Source: Chiloscyllium plagiosum (Eukaryota). Taken from it: a stretch of 44,445 nt of DNA. The stretch covers positions 11,887 to 56,331 of the forward strand of contig NW_025215151.1 of assembly GCF_004010195.1 (NCBI RefSeq), written 5' to 3'. The number at the start of each line of letters is the position of its first letter. Positions within the stretch are counted from its first letter, which is position 1. Position numbers and translations under genes: made by a program. Of this stretch, positions 1 through 12,010 are shown one piece after another. The notes beneath the pieces were generated by a model. It saw only the letters and a program-made list of their open reading frames with translations, was not told where the DNA came from and searched no databases.

Positions 1-392
1 GTTTAGACTGGGTGAGGGGTGCAGCGATAGGTGTGAGTGAAGGGTCGTTTAGACTGGGTGAGGGGTGCAGCGATAGGTGTGAGTGAAGGGTCGTTTAGAC
101 TGAGTGAGGGGTGCAGCGATAGGTGTGAGTGAAGGGTAGTTTAGAGTGAGTGAGGGGTGCAGCGATAGGTGTGAGTGAAGGGTAGTTTAGAGTGAGTGAG
201 GGGTGCAGCGATAGGTGTGAGTGAAGGGTCGTTTAGACTGGGTGAGGGGTGCAGCGATAGGTGTGAGTGAAGGGTAGTTTAGAGTGAGTGAGGGGTGCAG
301 CGATTGGTGTGAGTGAAGGGTAGTTTAGAGTGAGTGAGGGGTGCAGCGATAGGTGTGAGTGAAGGGTAGTTTAGACTGGGTGAGGGGTGCAG
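1..392. repeat. 46-bp minisatellite (about 8.5 copies, truncated by window edge)
   Basis: Unit GTTTAGACTGGGTGAGGGGTGCAGCGATAGGTGTGAGTGAAGGGTC recurs at 1, 47, 93 and onward. Confidence 0.95.
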
Positions 393-1571
393 CAGCAGAT
401 TTGGGTTTTAGGTAGTCAGTGTGGTTTAGAGTCATAGAGATCACCAGCGCCATAAAAGCTCCATCAGATACGCTCTTGTCAATCCCACCCACCTAACCTG
501 CTCCCAATTTCCAACATTTGGCCCCATAGGGGGCGAGTTGGCAGCTGACGTCTCTTGACAGAAAGGAGCAAGGTTCACTCTGAGAGAAGCTGAACCAATG
601 ACTCGAGCCAGGGAGCAGTGACACGGACATAAACATTGTGTTACTGAGGGCTAATTTATCTTTTTACGAGTAGAATTTCTATTCTCGATTCCGATGCCTG
701 CAGAGGGAGGCACTTGGATGAGTATGGGAACAGTGGGGGGAATATGTTCAGTTATAACCTGGTCCCCATTTGAAAATCATACATTTGGACATTACATAAT
801 GCAATTATAACACTTAGTTAGGAGTTTGCGATTACAGTTTCCCAAATGCAGCTTCACAAATGAAGCTGAACTTGTACTGAACGCCATTCTGCCATTAGCA
901 GTGTGACAGCGCCTCACTTTGACGCTACCAAGTAATTGCAGCTTTACGCGTTGACACAGGTCGCCCTCAATATGAAAACAGAAAATGCTGCCTTACCCCA
1001 GCCAACCCTGGCAGCAACTGTGAAGGCAGAGAGAGGGCTCACATTACATTTCTCTCAGATGCCCAGCATCTGAACGTGTTGCTTCTTTCATTGGAAAGAG
1101 AGCCGCGTCGCTGAGAATTTGTGTCTCGTACTGAGCAGGAGAAAATCCAAAACATTTCAGCTGACCTCAACGTTTCCTGCAGGAGATGGGACTGGTGATT
1201 GACTTTAGTTGAGTGAATCAGTGGGGCTCACAATATGGTTCATTTCTGCTTGCTCCAGGTGACGTATATTCATACACGGGCACCACAGCAACGTGAAGTT
1301 CTAGCAGCCTCCCCCCTTTTTTGAATCCCACTGGAGCTTGGGGAGCCTATGATTGCTTCGGATTTCTCCAAGCAATATCTTGGTCAATCCAATTTGACTT
1401 GCCCACCAATTGGCACTCCTCTCTCCTGTGGGACAAACTGTTGTGAGAGTTTGAAATTTGGCCTCCTTTGTGCAAGATGGTGAACTTTGACAACAGGCCT
1501 CTTCCTCCAACATATTCTGCTTATCGTTCCCACTATAGATGTGCACGCAGTGATTTATAATGGGGGAAACT

Positions 1572-1983
1572 GCGTGTGTGTGTGTGCGCGTGCACATGTG
1601 TGTGTATGTGTGTGCATTGTGTGTGCATGTATATCTGTGTCTGTCTGTATGTGTGTATGTTATGTGTGTGCATGTCTATGTGTGCATGTCTGTGTGTTGT
1701 GTGTGCGTCTGTGTGTGTTGTGTGTCTGTGTGTTGTGCATGTGTGTGTGCATGGTGTGTGTCTGTATGTGTTGTGTGTCGTGCATGTGTGTGTGCATGTC
1801 TGTGTGTGTTGTGTGTATGTGTCTGTATGTGTGTGTGTGTTGTATGTGTCTGTGTGTGTGTTGTGTGTGTCTGTGTGTTGAGTGTATGTGTGTGTTGTGC
1901 GCATGTGTGTCTGTGTGTGTTGTGTGTGTGTGTTGTGCGTGTGTTGTGCGCGTGTGTGTTGTGTGTGCGTGTATGTGCATGTG
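1572..1983. repeat. Degenerate (TG)n microsatellite
   Basis: Interrupted TG runs; source of the spurious C/V and H/T ORFs. Confidence 0.95.
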
Positions 1984-3127
1984 CAGCTGTCAGATGCTAA
2001 ATACAAAACCTGTATAAAATATTTACACGTCTGGCATTTGTCAAACTGAGAGCTCTTTTGCACAACAGTAAAACGTGCTGGAAACTGGCTGGAATCACAT
2101 TCATTGGTGAGCTTTAGCCTGCAACAATCACAGAGAGTGAGAGGTGGGCTGTCCTTGGAGGAGGAATCACCACCCGTGCATTTTACTGCTTTCTGTAAAT
2201 CTGCACAAGTGCAGACACAAAGGGGCTGAGTGGCCTCCTCCCACACTCGTGTAAGCTCCTGGTCCACCTCAATCACTCGCTGCTCTGCCAGTGCTGAGCT
2301 GGATGCTCAATGCTGCTTTGTGTAACCCAGTAGCCAAAACTGCGGGCCGTGACCCTTCCAATGGGGTCAGGGTTTTGGGGCTGGGAGATGGTGATCGTTG
2401 TCTCTACAACTTGATTCCTGAACAGCTTCTTGAAACTCTTGCTTTGTTTTTTTTGTCAGCGGATGGGGCAGCACAATCGAGTGAGAGGTCTTTGATATTT
2501 TTTTCCATTTGACTAACTCCATTATCTTGCTAATGTCCTCTCCCCATCCACCGCCCCCCGCCCCCACCCCCTCCAGCTCAACCCCAGTCCTCCAATCCAC
2601 TCTCCCCAACTCAACAACTGAAGACTTCCCCCAACGTTGCTACCCTGACCCACTCCATCCAGTTTCCCCAATTCATCATCTCCCAGGCAGTCACCCCTGA
2701 AGGGATGGGCCCCGAAATGGCGTTGCTGACCAGGTGGAGCCACAGCGTCGGAGGGCCATGCCGACAAACAGTGAAAGGTAGAGTCGATCTTTCAGCCAAC
2801 ACATCAGGTCAAAGGTCAAGCAGCCTGCTCTGTGCAGCAGTTACGTAACTAACAGCAGGAGCAGATTCTAAGGAGACCCCCATTGAGAGCACTGCTTACC
2901 ACATCTCTACTGAACCTAAAGCACAGCTACTGCCCATCCGAGTCCTATGTCCTGCCTACCGCGGTAATTGTATGTTCCACACAAACGTGCTCCGGGTTCC
3001 CGGCCTCTCTCCCGTATCCCTCTCTTCCTTTCTCCCTCCACACCTTCTGAAACATCTCCATATCATTCCCCACAACCGTCCCCTCCTTACCGCTCTCTGG
3101 GTAAAGTTGATTCCCGATTCGATTTAA

Positions 3128-3937
3128 CAGAGGCGATTTAATCGAGACATACAAGGTGACCAGGGGATTCGATCGGGTGGACAGTGAGAGTCTTTTTCCT
3201 AGACTGATGATGTCGGCTTGTATGAGGGGGCATAGCTGCAAATTGAGGGGTGATAGATTTAAGACAGATGTCAGAGGCAGGCTATAGAGTCATAGAGATG
3301 TAGAGCGTGGAAACAGACTATTCAGTCCAACCTGCCCATGCCGACCCAACCCAGTCTAGCCCCACCTGCCAGCGCCCGGCCCATATCCCTCTGAACCCTT
3401 CCTAATCATATACCCATCCAAATGCCTCTTAAATTGTACCAGCCTCCACCACTTCCTTTGGCAGATCATTCCATACACGTACCACCCTCTTTGTGAAAAT
3501 GTTGCCCCTTAGGTCTCTTTTATATCTTTCCCCTCTCACTCTAAACCTATGCCCTCTAGTTCTGGACTCCCCCACCCCAGGGAAAAGACTTTGCCTATTT
3601 ACCCTATCCACGCCCCTCATAATTTTGTAAACCTCTATAAGGTCACCCCTCAGCCTCCGACGCTCCAGGGAAAACAGCCCCAGCCTGTTCAGCCTCTCCT
3701 TATAGCTCAGACCCTCCAACCCTTCTTTACTCAGAGAGTGGTAAGGGCGTGGTATGCCCTGCCTGCCAATGAAGTTAACTCAGCCACATTAGGGGCATTT
3801 AAACAGTCCTACGATAAGCATATGGATGATGATGGGATAGTGTCGGGGAGGGGTTTAGATTAGTTCATAGGTCGGCGCAACATCGAGGGCCGAAGGGCCT
3901 GTTCTGCCCTGTATTGTTCTATGTTTCACGTTCTATG
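3128..3937 (+). mobile_element. CR1 LINE 3' fragment (3128-3281 and 3723-3937), split by another CR1
   Basis: RGDLIETYK-type ORF2 C-terminus and ttctatg tail. The two halves are contiguous in the copy near 14520. Confidence 0.85.
3282..3722 (-). mobile_element. Young CR1 (HER1-like) LINE 3' end
   Basis: ORF 3429-3719 (GLSYKERLNRLGLFSLERRRLRGDLIEVYKIMRG...) followed by 3'UTR and ctctatgact tail. Confidence 0.9.
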
Positions 3938-4312
3938 TCTATGACTGGTGGCCCCTTATGATGGGTTCCAACACACTCGATTGAACCCCTTTATTACCGA
4001 TATTCCTCTGATCAGATCATCCTTATTTCAGGCTTCTCTTTGGCTCAGAGTGCTGGTCTGTTCTCACTCTCCTCGTAAGTACACTGAGTCCAGTATCAGA
4101 GAAGACGGAACAGTATGGCAGAAGAACAGGGCCTTAGACCCACCATGGCTATGCTGATTACAGCGCCATTCTCAACTAATCCAATCTGCCTGCCCATGGT
4201 CTGTATCCCTTTGTTCCCTGCCTGTATAAACATTGCCAGTGTATCTGCTTATTCCACATCCCTGGTAGCGCGTTCCAGGTACCCACTGTGCAAAAAGTGT
4301 GCCTCACGCCCA

Positions 4313-4761
4313 CACCTCCCTTTCATTTTATGCCTCTCACTTTAAACCTGCTAGCATTTGACATGTCCACCCTGAGAAAAAGAATTGCAATTTTTTTTTT
4401 TCTTTTGCATCTCTTCAGTATTTCTGTACAATTTGGAATAATGTGGCCAGTATTTCATGGCCTATGCCTGTAGGCGATCTAAGGGGGGCAGGTTTCCTTC
4501 CCTTAGGCATTTTAGTGAACCAGACAGGTTTTTATGACAATGGTTACACTGAGACTACCTTCTTTCTCAAGGCCTTAGGGAAGGAAATCTGCTCCCCTTA
4601 GATCGCCTCCAGGCATAAGCCATGAAATACTGGCCACATTATCCAAATTGTACAGAAATACTGATGAGATGCAAAAATAAAATTGCAATTCATTTTCCCA
4701 GGGTGAACATGTCAAATGCTAGCAGGTTTAAAGTGAGAGGGTATAAAGTTTAAGGGAGGTG
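4313..4761. repeat. Inverted duplication, arms about 195 bp (4313-4510 / 4570-4761)
   Basis: cctctcactttaaacctgctagcatttgacatg... is matched in reverse complement by ...catgtcaaatgctagcaggtttaaagtgagagg. Confidence 0.9.
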
Positions 4762-4884
4762 CATTAGTCAGGGGTAATTATAGGGTAGAGGAATTGGGTC
4801 TGGGTGGGTTACTCTTTGGAGGATCGGTGTGGACTTGTTGGGCCAAAGGGCCTGTTTCCACTCTGTCGGGATTCTAATCTAATC
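4762..4884 (+). mobile_element. HE1-type SINE 3' fragment
   Basis: gggtctgggtgggtt...ggacttgttgggccaaagggcctgtttccac tail, shared with the full HE1 copies. Confidence 0.8.
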
Positions 4885-5035
4885 ACATCAGTTGTATGAC
4901 GCCTTGACCTTTTCCGATAAACTCCTACGATCCTGCCCCACCAGCGACCTGATGAAGGAGCAGCGCTCCGAAAGCTACTGCTTCTAAATAAACCTGTTGG
5001 ACTGTACCCTGGTGTTGTGTGATTTTTGTTTTAAC
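4885..5035 (+). mobile_element. Penelope-like terminal-repeat fragment (family B)
   Basis: Hammerhead core followed by aaataaacctgttggact...ctggtgttgtgtgattttt, as at 21064-21194 and 23340-23910. Confidence 0.7.
4946..4980 (+). ncRNA. Hammerhead motif (PLE family B); core intact, stem I mutated
   Basis: CTGATGA-A-GGAGC-agc-GCTCC-GAA-AGCT-A. Other copies at 21109-21143 and 23643-23676 are more decayed. Confidence 0.6.
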
Positions 5036-5044
5036 TTCTTTCGA

Positions 5045-5195
5045 GAGAGCGAGAGAGACGATGGTGGCTTAACCTGATGGCCTCAGGCGAGGGGACAGAC
5101 TGCGACCTCGCTGGGGCCTCAGCCCAGCAGGAATCGAACCTGCGCTGTTGAGGTCACCAACCAGCCCACTGACCACCCTCCACCACTGCCATTTA
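5045..5195 (-). mobile_element. tRNA-derived SINE fragment (related to 13955-14165)
   Basis: B-box-like ggttcgattcc on the minus strand; ctcgcctgagg...caggttaagccacca shared with the 14070-14110 region. Confidence 0.55.
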
Positions 5196-5547
5196 CCCGA
5201 ACAATGCCCAGGCATGTCCTGTCCAAATAAAACAAAACACAGGGCTAATCTAACCTGGGGGAGCGACACTCTCGTGAATCTGGCGTCAACAGGAGTCCGA
5301 CGCGAGACGAGAGAGCCCGGTGGTGAAAGATCGACGAAAGGAAGTGTCTTTGGCGCGGTTCTCTTCAGCGGCCGATTGTACAGTGCCTGAGCAAATCCTC
5401 AGGTTCGGAAGCTGCCATGGCCCCCAGTCAGAAGACACCCCCAGCTTTGGTCTGGTAAGCATCAGGTGAGATTCACACCGCACAAATGTCAAGGAATGGC
5501 CAGTATTCCCTCATCCAAGGGCAGGGCTTAACTAATTAAAAGTGGCC

Positions 5548-5686
5548 ATGTTGTGGAGGTGAGGGTGGTGGACTGGGGTGGACAAAGTGAAAAATCACAC
5601 GACACCAGGTTGTCGTGAACCTATACTTGGTTTATCCAAATAAACCTGTTGGAGTATAACCTGACACTGTGTGATTTTCAAATTTA
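5548..5686. mobile_element. Inverted pair of PLE family B terminal fragments
   Basis: ggactggggtggacaaagtgaaaaatcacacgacaccagg (minus) followed by ccaaataaacctgttggagtataacctg...gtgtgatttt (plus). Confidence 0.65.
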
Positions 5687-5694
5687 AAAATAGA

Positions 5695-6330
5695 GCCTTG
5701 GGTGGTGCTGTAGAACAGAGAGACCTCGGGGTTCAGGGACACAATTCTTTGGTGTTTGTGGGGTTCAGAAGGGGTTTCGCATGCTGGCCTTCATCGCTCA
5801 GACCTTTTGTGTATAGGAGCTGAGACGTCATTTTGAGTTTGTACAGGACGTTGGCGAGGCCTCTTCTGGAATACTGTGGCCAGTTCTGGTCGCCCAGTTA
5901 CAGGAAGGATATTATCAAGTTGGAGAGAGTTCAGAAGAGATTTACCAGGATGTTGCGGGGAATGGAACGCCTGAGTTGTGGAGAGAGGACGGATAGGCTG
6001 GGACTTTATTCACTGGGACGGAGGAGGTTCAGGGGTGACTTTAATGGAGGTTTTCAAGTCATGAGGGGCATAGATAAGGTGTCTTTTCTCGATGGCGGAA
6101 AATTTCAAGACGAGGAGGACATACTTTTTCAGGTGAGAGGAGAGAGATTTAAAAAGGACACGAGGTGCAACCTTTCTACACACAGAGTGGAATGTGTAGA
6201 ATGAACTTCCAGAGGGTGCAGGTACAGTTACAATGTTTAAAAGCCGCTTAGGTAAGCGCATGAATAAGGAATGTTTGGAGGGACATGGGCCAAGTGCAGG
6301 CAGGTGGGACCAGTTTAGTTTGGGATCATG
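5695..6330 (+). mobile_element. CR1 LINE ORF2 3' fragment
   Basis: LYRTLARPLLEYCGQFWSPSYRKDIIKLERVQKRFTRML. Confidence 0.9.
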
Positions 6331-6709
6331 GCAGGTGGGATATTGTGTGGAAACTTGGCTGGAAATGGAGGGAGACTGCGGAAAACTGCAGGGCAAGAAG
6401 TGAGTGCACAGGGACAGGAAGTTGTTGGAAATCATTTACATAAATGATGAAAAGCAGTCGAAAATATGAGGGCTCTCCTCAGAAGTGGGATTGAGGCCTA
6501 CAACAGATCAGACACAATCTTATCGAGAAGGGAGCGAGCTAGACGGGCCGATTGGCCTCTTCCTGCTCTAACTTGGTGTATGACATGTTGCGCAAAGTTA
6601 GCATTCCAGAATAGCAAGTAATTAAGGAAGGAAAATGGCATATCGCTTTCCTGCAAGGGCACGCGAGGTCAGGACAAAAGAGTTCTTTCTACACAAGTGA
6701 ACCCACAAA

Positions 6710-7420
6710 GAGCCATACAGCACAGAAACTGGCCCTTCGGTCCAACCAGTCCATGCTAACCATGATCCCAAACTAAACTAGTCCCACCTGCCTGCTCCTG
6801 GTCCATATCCCTCCAAACTTTTCCTATTCGTGCCCTTACCCAAATGACTTCTAAACGTTGTAATTGTACCCATATCCACCACTTCCTCAGGAAGCTCATT
6901 CCACACGCAAACCACCCCTCTGTGTAACAAATTTGCCCCCATGTCTTTTTTCAAATCTCGCTCCTCTCACTTTACAAACACACACCCCTAGTCTTGAAAT
7001 CCCCCATCCTAGAGAAAAGATAACTACTATTAACTCATTCCATACGCCTCATGATTTTATAAACTTCCATAAGGTCGACGCTCAACCTCCTACGCGCCAG
7101 TGAAAAAAGTGCCAGCCTCTCCAGCCTTTCTTCAGAACTCAAACGCTCCGAACCTGGCAACATCCTGGTAAATCTCTTCTGACCCCTCTCCAGCTTGGTA
7201 ATCTCCTTCCTATAACAGGGCGACCAGAACTGGACACAGTGATCCAGACGAGGCCTCACCAATGTCCTGTACAACCTCAACATGACGCCCCAATTCCTGT
7301 ACTCAAAGGACCGAGCAATGAAGGCAGGTGGGCTAAACACCTTCCTCACCCCCCCTGTCTATACGGGACACAAACTTTCAAGAATTGTGTACACGAACCC
7401 TTAGCCCCCTCTGTTCAAGG
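6710..7420 (-). mobile_element. CR1 LINE ORF2 3' fragment with 3'UTR
   Basis: LYRTLVRPRLDHCVQFWSPCYRKEITKLERGQKRFTRML on the minus strand. Confidence 0.9.
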
Positions 7421-7424
7421 GAAA

Positions 7425-8235
7425 TATATGATGACACCTTGCAAAATGTCCATGTTACACAGGAGAAAGTGCTGGATGACTTGAAACGCATAAAGGTGGA
7501 TAAATCCCCAGGACCTGATCAGGTGCACTCTAGAACTCTGTGGGAAGCTTGGGAAGTGATTGCTGGGCCTCTTGCTGAGATATTTGTATCATCGATAGTC
7601 ACAGGTGAGGTGCAGGAAGACTGGAGGTTGGCTAATGTGGTGCCACTGTTTAAGAAGGGTTGGTAAGGACAAGCCAGGGAACTATAGACTGGTGAGCCTG
7701 ACCTCGGCGGTGGGNNNNNNNNNNNNNNNNNNNNNNNNNNNNNNNNNNNNNNNNNNNNNNNNNNNNNNNNNNNNNNNNNNNNNNNNNNNNNNNNNNNNNN
7801 NNNNNNNNNNNNNNNNNNNNNNNNNNNNNNNNNNNNNNNNNNNNNNNNNNNNNNNNNNNNNNNNNNNNNNNNNNNNNNNNNNNNNNNNNNNNNNNNNNNN
7901 NNNNNNNNNNNNNNNCTCAGATTACAACAGGATCTTGACCAGATGGGCCAATGGGCTGAGAAGTGGCAGATGGAGTTTAATTCACATAAATGCAAGGTGA
8001 TGCATTTTGGGAAAGCAAATCTTAGCAGGACTTATACACTTACTGGTAAGGTCCTAGGGAGTGTTGCTGAACAAAGAGACCTTGGAGTGCAGGTTCATAG
8101 CTCCTTGAAAGTGGAGTCGCAGGTAGATAGGATAGTGAAGAAGGCATTTGGTATGCTTTATTTTATTGGTCAGAGTATTGAGTACAGAAGTTGGGAGGTC
8201 ATGTTGTAGCTGTACAGGACATTGGTTAGGCCACA
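7425..8235 (+). mobile_element. CR1 LINE RT region (spans gap)
   Basis: DKSPGPD...DWRLANVVPLFKKG and WAEKWQMEFNSHKCKVMHFG motifs. Confidence 0.9.
7715..7915. other. Assembly gap (other gaps: 14950-15107, 22307-22968, 24527-24865, 27606-27832)
   Basis: Runs of N. Confidence 1.
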
Positions 8236-8239
8236 GTGA

Positions 8240-8660
8240 CAATGCCCTGACAAGTGGCAAGTAACATATGTGTCACACAAGTGCTAGACAGTGACAATCT
8301 CCAACAAGAGAGAATCTAACCATCACTGCTTGACATTCAATGGCGTTACTGTCATTAAATCCCCCACCGTCAACATTCTGGGGGTTACCATTGACCAGAA
8401 ACTGAACTGGATAAACACTGCAGCTATAACAGCATGTTAAAGGTGAGGAATACCACTGGGAGAAACTCAGCGCGTCACTCATCAAAGCCTGTCCACCATC
8501 GACAAGGCACAAGTCAGGAGGGTGATGGAAACCTCCCCACTCGGCCAGGATGGGGGGGGGCAGCTCCAACAACACTCAAGAAGCTCAACACCATCCAGGA
8601 CAAAGCAGCCCCCGCTCGATTGGCACCACATCCACAAGCATCCACTCCCTCCACCCCCGA
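8240..8660 (+). mobile_element. Degenerate L2/CR1-clade LINE fragment
   Basis: KWQVT..., NILGVTIDQKLNW and TTLKKLNTIQDKAA remnants. Confidence 0.65.
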
Positions 8661-8760
8661 TGCTCAGCAGCTCCCACAGGCTCAATTGCACCCGCCTTCC
8701 CGCGCACTCATTCACCCGGTGACGTCGTTCAAGACTTTCATCATACATGTCTGCAGTTGA

Positions 8761-9064
8761 GATTCCCTACAGCATGGAAACAGGCCCTTCAGCCCAACAA
8801 GTCCACACCAACTCTCCAAAGTGTTACCCGCCCAGACCCATTCCCCTACCGCATATTTACCCCTGACGAATGCACTACGGGCAATTTAGCATGGCCAATT
8901 CACCTGGCCTGCACATCTCTGAACTGTGGGAGGAAACTAGAGCACCCGGAGGAAACCCACGCAGACACGGGGAGAATGTGCGAACTCGCCCGAGGCTGGA
9001 ATCGAACCCGGGTCCCTGGCACTGTAAGGCAGCAGTGCTAACCACGTGAGCCAACGTGCCGCCC
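8761..9064 (-). mobile_element. HE1-type V-SINE, near full length
   Basis: tRNA-like head (gggcggcacg...tggttagcactgctgcc...gggttcgattcc), V-domain (gtgtctgcgtgggtttcctccgggtgct) and CR1-derived tail. Confidence 0.9.
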
Positions 9065-9216
9065 TTCTGGGGAAAGGGATTTTCCCCACTGACGTGTTCG
9101 CTGTTGATCATCCCAGTAACCCTTGCCATTTACCCCTTCTCTCACCCGACCCTAATTGGTGCCGGACAATGACATAAGGCATTGGTGAGTATTGTGTCCA
9201 GTTTTAGACTCCTTAC

Positions 9217-9604
9217 TTTACAGAGAGTGGTGAACTCGGCCCGGACAATCACAAAGGCCAACCTCCCATCTATAGACTCCATCTACCAGGCCCGTTGTCA
9301 AGGAAAGGCCGCCAGCATTCTCAAAGATCCATCCTACCCTGGCAATGTTTTTCTACAACCTCTACCATCAGGGAGAAGGTACAGAAGCCTGAACACACGC
9401 ACCAGCCGGCTTCACAACAGTTTCTACCCTACTGTTGTTAGACTCACAAACATTCGCCTGTACCTGTGTTTTTGCCGCTGTTTACCTGTTATTTACTGTC
9501 TATGCTACTTAACTCTGTGATCTGCTTGTATCGCTCGCAAAACAAAGCTTTTCACTGTGTCTCGGTACACGGGACAATAAATTCAATTCAATCCAGTTCA
9601 ATTC
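9217..9604 (+). mobile_element. Rex1/Babar-type LINE 3' end inserted in a CR1 fragment
   Basis: LQRVVNSARTIT...LPSIDSIYQARCQGKAASILKDPSYPG...LPSGRRYRSLNTRTSRL.NSFYP, followed by aataaa and a (ttcaa)n tail. Confidence 0.8.
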
Positions 9605-10012
9605 CAGAGGAGGTTCACCTGGTTGAATCCAGGGATGAAACAGCTATCCTACAATGAGCGGTTGGATATCCTTTGGACTCGTTGGAGTTCAGGAGAACAA
9701 AGGATGAGCTGATCGAGACGTGTATAGAGGAGACTGACAAAGCGACGTCGAGCAGATGATTTCCCCCCTTTGTGGGAGAGTCTTGGGCAAGAGGTCATAG
9801 AGTCAGAGGAGGTTAGTTGAAAACCGAGATGGGGAGGAACGATTTCCCTCAGAGGTTTGTGAATCTGTGGAACTCAAGAGGCAGAATCAATCAAACAAGA
9901 AATAGGTATGTTCCTGATGAAAAGTGCTAATGGCGAGCAGGCAGGAGAGCGGACTTCAGACCAGCCACGATCATGTTAAATTGCCCACCGCGACTCTGAA
10001 TTCCTACGTTTC
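9605..10012 (+). mobile_element. Degenerate CR1 3' fragment (5' part at about 9175-9216)
   Basis: QRRFT..., ctcagaggtttgtgaatctgtggaactc and a CR1-type 3'UTR. Confidence 0.7.
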
Positions 10013-10999
10013 TAGACTTGGCTAAACAGACGAATGAGATTCAGGGAATGGAACCGCCTAGCAAGGGGTCTCTCTCTCAGCTGGCTACAGATCAAAGCTG
10101 ACTCCCTCGGCAGAACATGTTCCAGAGGATGGTGTGTTTATTTATGTATGTATATTTAGACCGCAGCTAGCAGGGAGTGATCCTCAGAGCTTTTATCCAA
10201 ATCTTTGGCTCGTTAAAATAACCTCCCCAGCGCTCAGGAATTGCACTGCAGTCAGGCACAAGGTCAGAAAACAGTTGACTTCTGGCAGTCGGCCACCCGC
10301 GCTTGCTTTGTCTTCACTGATGAACCGAGGCCGCAGGGAGGTGGGAATTTGAAAACAAGCCTGGGAAGTCAAATGCCCAGGCTGGAATGGCCAGACATGA
10401 GAGCCGATGCGAGCACCGGGGAGGGGGTGGGGGGTTCGGGGGAATGGGGGAAAGGGAGGGGTGGATGGTCTCAGAGGGGGCACAATCTGGGCGGCCTGCC
10501 CATTGGAGTCGTCGAGCCCTGGGGCCAATCCTCGGCAGGACGTAGCTAGGCGGTCGCACTGAGGTAGAAACAGGCGGGTGGGGCAGTGCAGGGGCCCAAT
10601 GAGCTCAGTGTGGTGGGAGCTGTGTGTACCACCTTCTCAAAGACGTTTATCCAAAGCAAGGACGGGATAGGTTTGAGATAAAGGGTCATAGCAGCAACGC
10701 CTTCGTGTCAGGCTGGGGTTGTGCTGAGATGGTGGTAGATAACTGATCATGATAAGGGGGAGGACTTCCACTGAACAATCAATGAGTCTTGATTGAGAAG
10801 ATTCTCGACATGTTCCTTTCAATTTTGGCAGCCTGGCTCTCCATGTTTGAGGAGTGCCATTTCACTCTGACGTCTCAGTGGGGAGGTCTTTGGGCACTCA
10901 GCTGCGCAGGGTCTTAACTGCATTGGCAAATCTACATGTGACATCTCTTTCGGCGCACGGCTTTATTTCTGGCCCGCTTTCTGCCCAGAAGAGGGGGCG

Positions 11000-12010
11000 A
11001 GGTATTGGCGTGGATTGAGGATTGGCTGACTGGCAGAAGGCAGAGAGTTGGGAGGGGGGGGGGGGTTAAGGGTCAAACTTTCTTTTCAGGATGGCAGTTG
11101 GTGACTAGTGGAGTTTCGTAAGGGTCAGCGTTGGGACCACAACTATCTCTATTGTATATACTCAAAGGAAGGAACCGAGGGCGTCGCTGCTATGTTGCAA
11201 AGATAGGGGGAGGAGCAGGTGAGGAAACAGGGAGGCTGCAGAAGGCCTCGGACAGGCTAGAGAGTTGGCAGATAGAATACCATGTGGGAAGGTGTGAGGT
11301 TATGCATGTTGGCAGGAAGAGTAGGGGCAGAGATGATTTACTAAATGGAGAAACACCACAGAAATCTAAAACACAAAGGCACTTGGGTTACCATTCTCTT
11401 ACGGTTAACACGCAGCTTCAGTTGGCAGTTAGGAAGCTGGATTCAATGCTGGCATTGGTTTTCAGGAGGGCTAGGATACAAACACAGAGGTGCAGTATAA
11501 ATGGCTGTGGTCTGACCACATCGGGAGTATTGGAAGCAGGTTTGAGCTCGGCCTCTAAGGAAAGACGTGCTGGCATGGGACCCAGAGGAGGTTTACAAGA
11601 GCGATCCCGGGGCTGAAGGGCTCGTCGTAAGGGCCGCAGTTCAGGCCTCTGGGTCTGTACTCAATGGAGTTTCAGAAAGAGGGGATTGGAATCTGATTGA
11701 AATTTACAGAATACTGAGAGGCCCGGAGAGAGTGGACTTGGAGAAGGTGTTCCCACCAGTCGCAGAGACTCAGACCTGAGGGCACAGCCTCAGAGGGAAG
11801 GGACCACCCTTTAGAACGGAGATGAGGAGGGATTTCTTCAGCCAGAATCTGTGGAACTCATTGCCATCAAAGGCCTTGGAGGTCAATTGCCTTTAAGATA
11901 GAGAAGGATCGGTTCTTGATTTGTAAGGGCATCAGGGGTCATGAGAGAAGGCAGGAGAATGGGATTGAGTAACATATAGCCGTGGAAGAGCAAATGGTCT
12001 GATTCAGCTG
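11000..12010 (+). mobile_element. Degenerate CR1 LINE ORF2
   Basis: WIEDWLTGRRQRV, GSALGPQL and WQIEYHVGRCEVMH remnants with frameshifts. Confidence 0.8.

Noticed and set aside
1487..2276. Cys/Val- and His/Thr-rich ORFs
   Set aside because: Translations of the (TG)n microsatellite.
8990..9064. tRNA-like A/B boxes (also near 18290, 24900, 28190 and 37575)
   Set aside because: These are heads of HE1 SINEs continuing into the V-domain, not tRNA genes.
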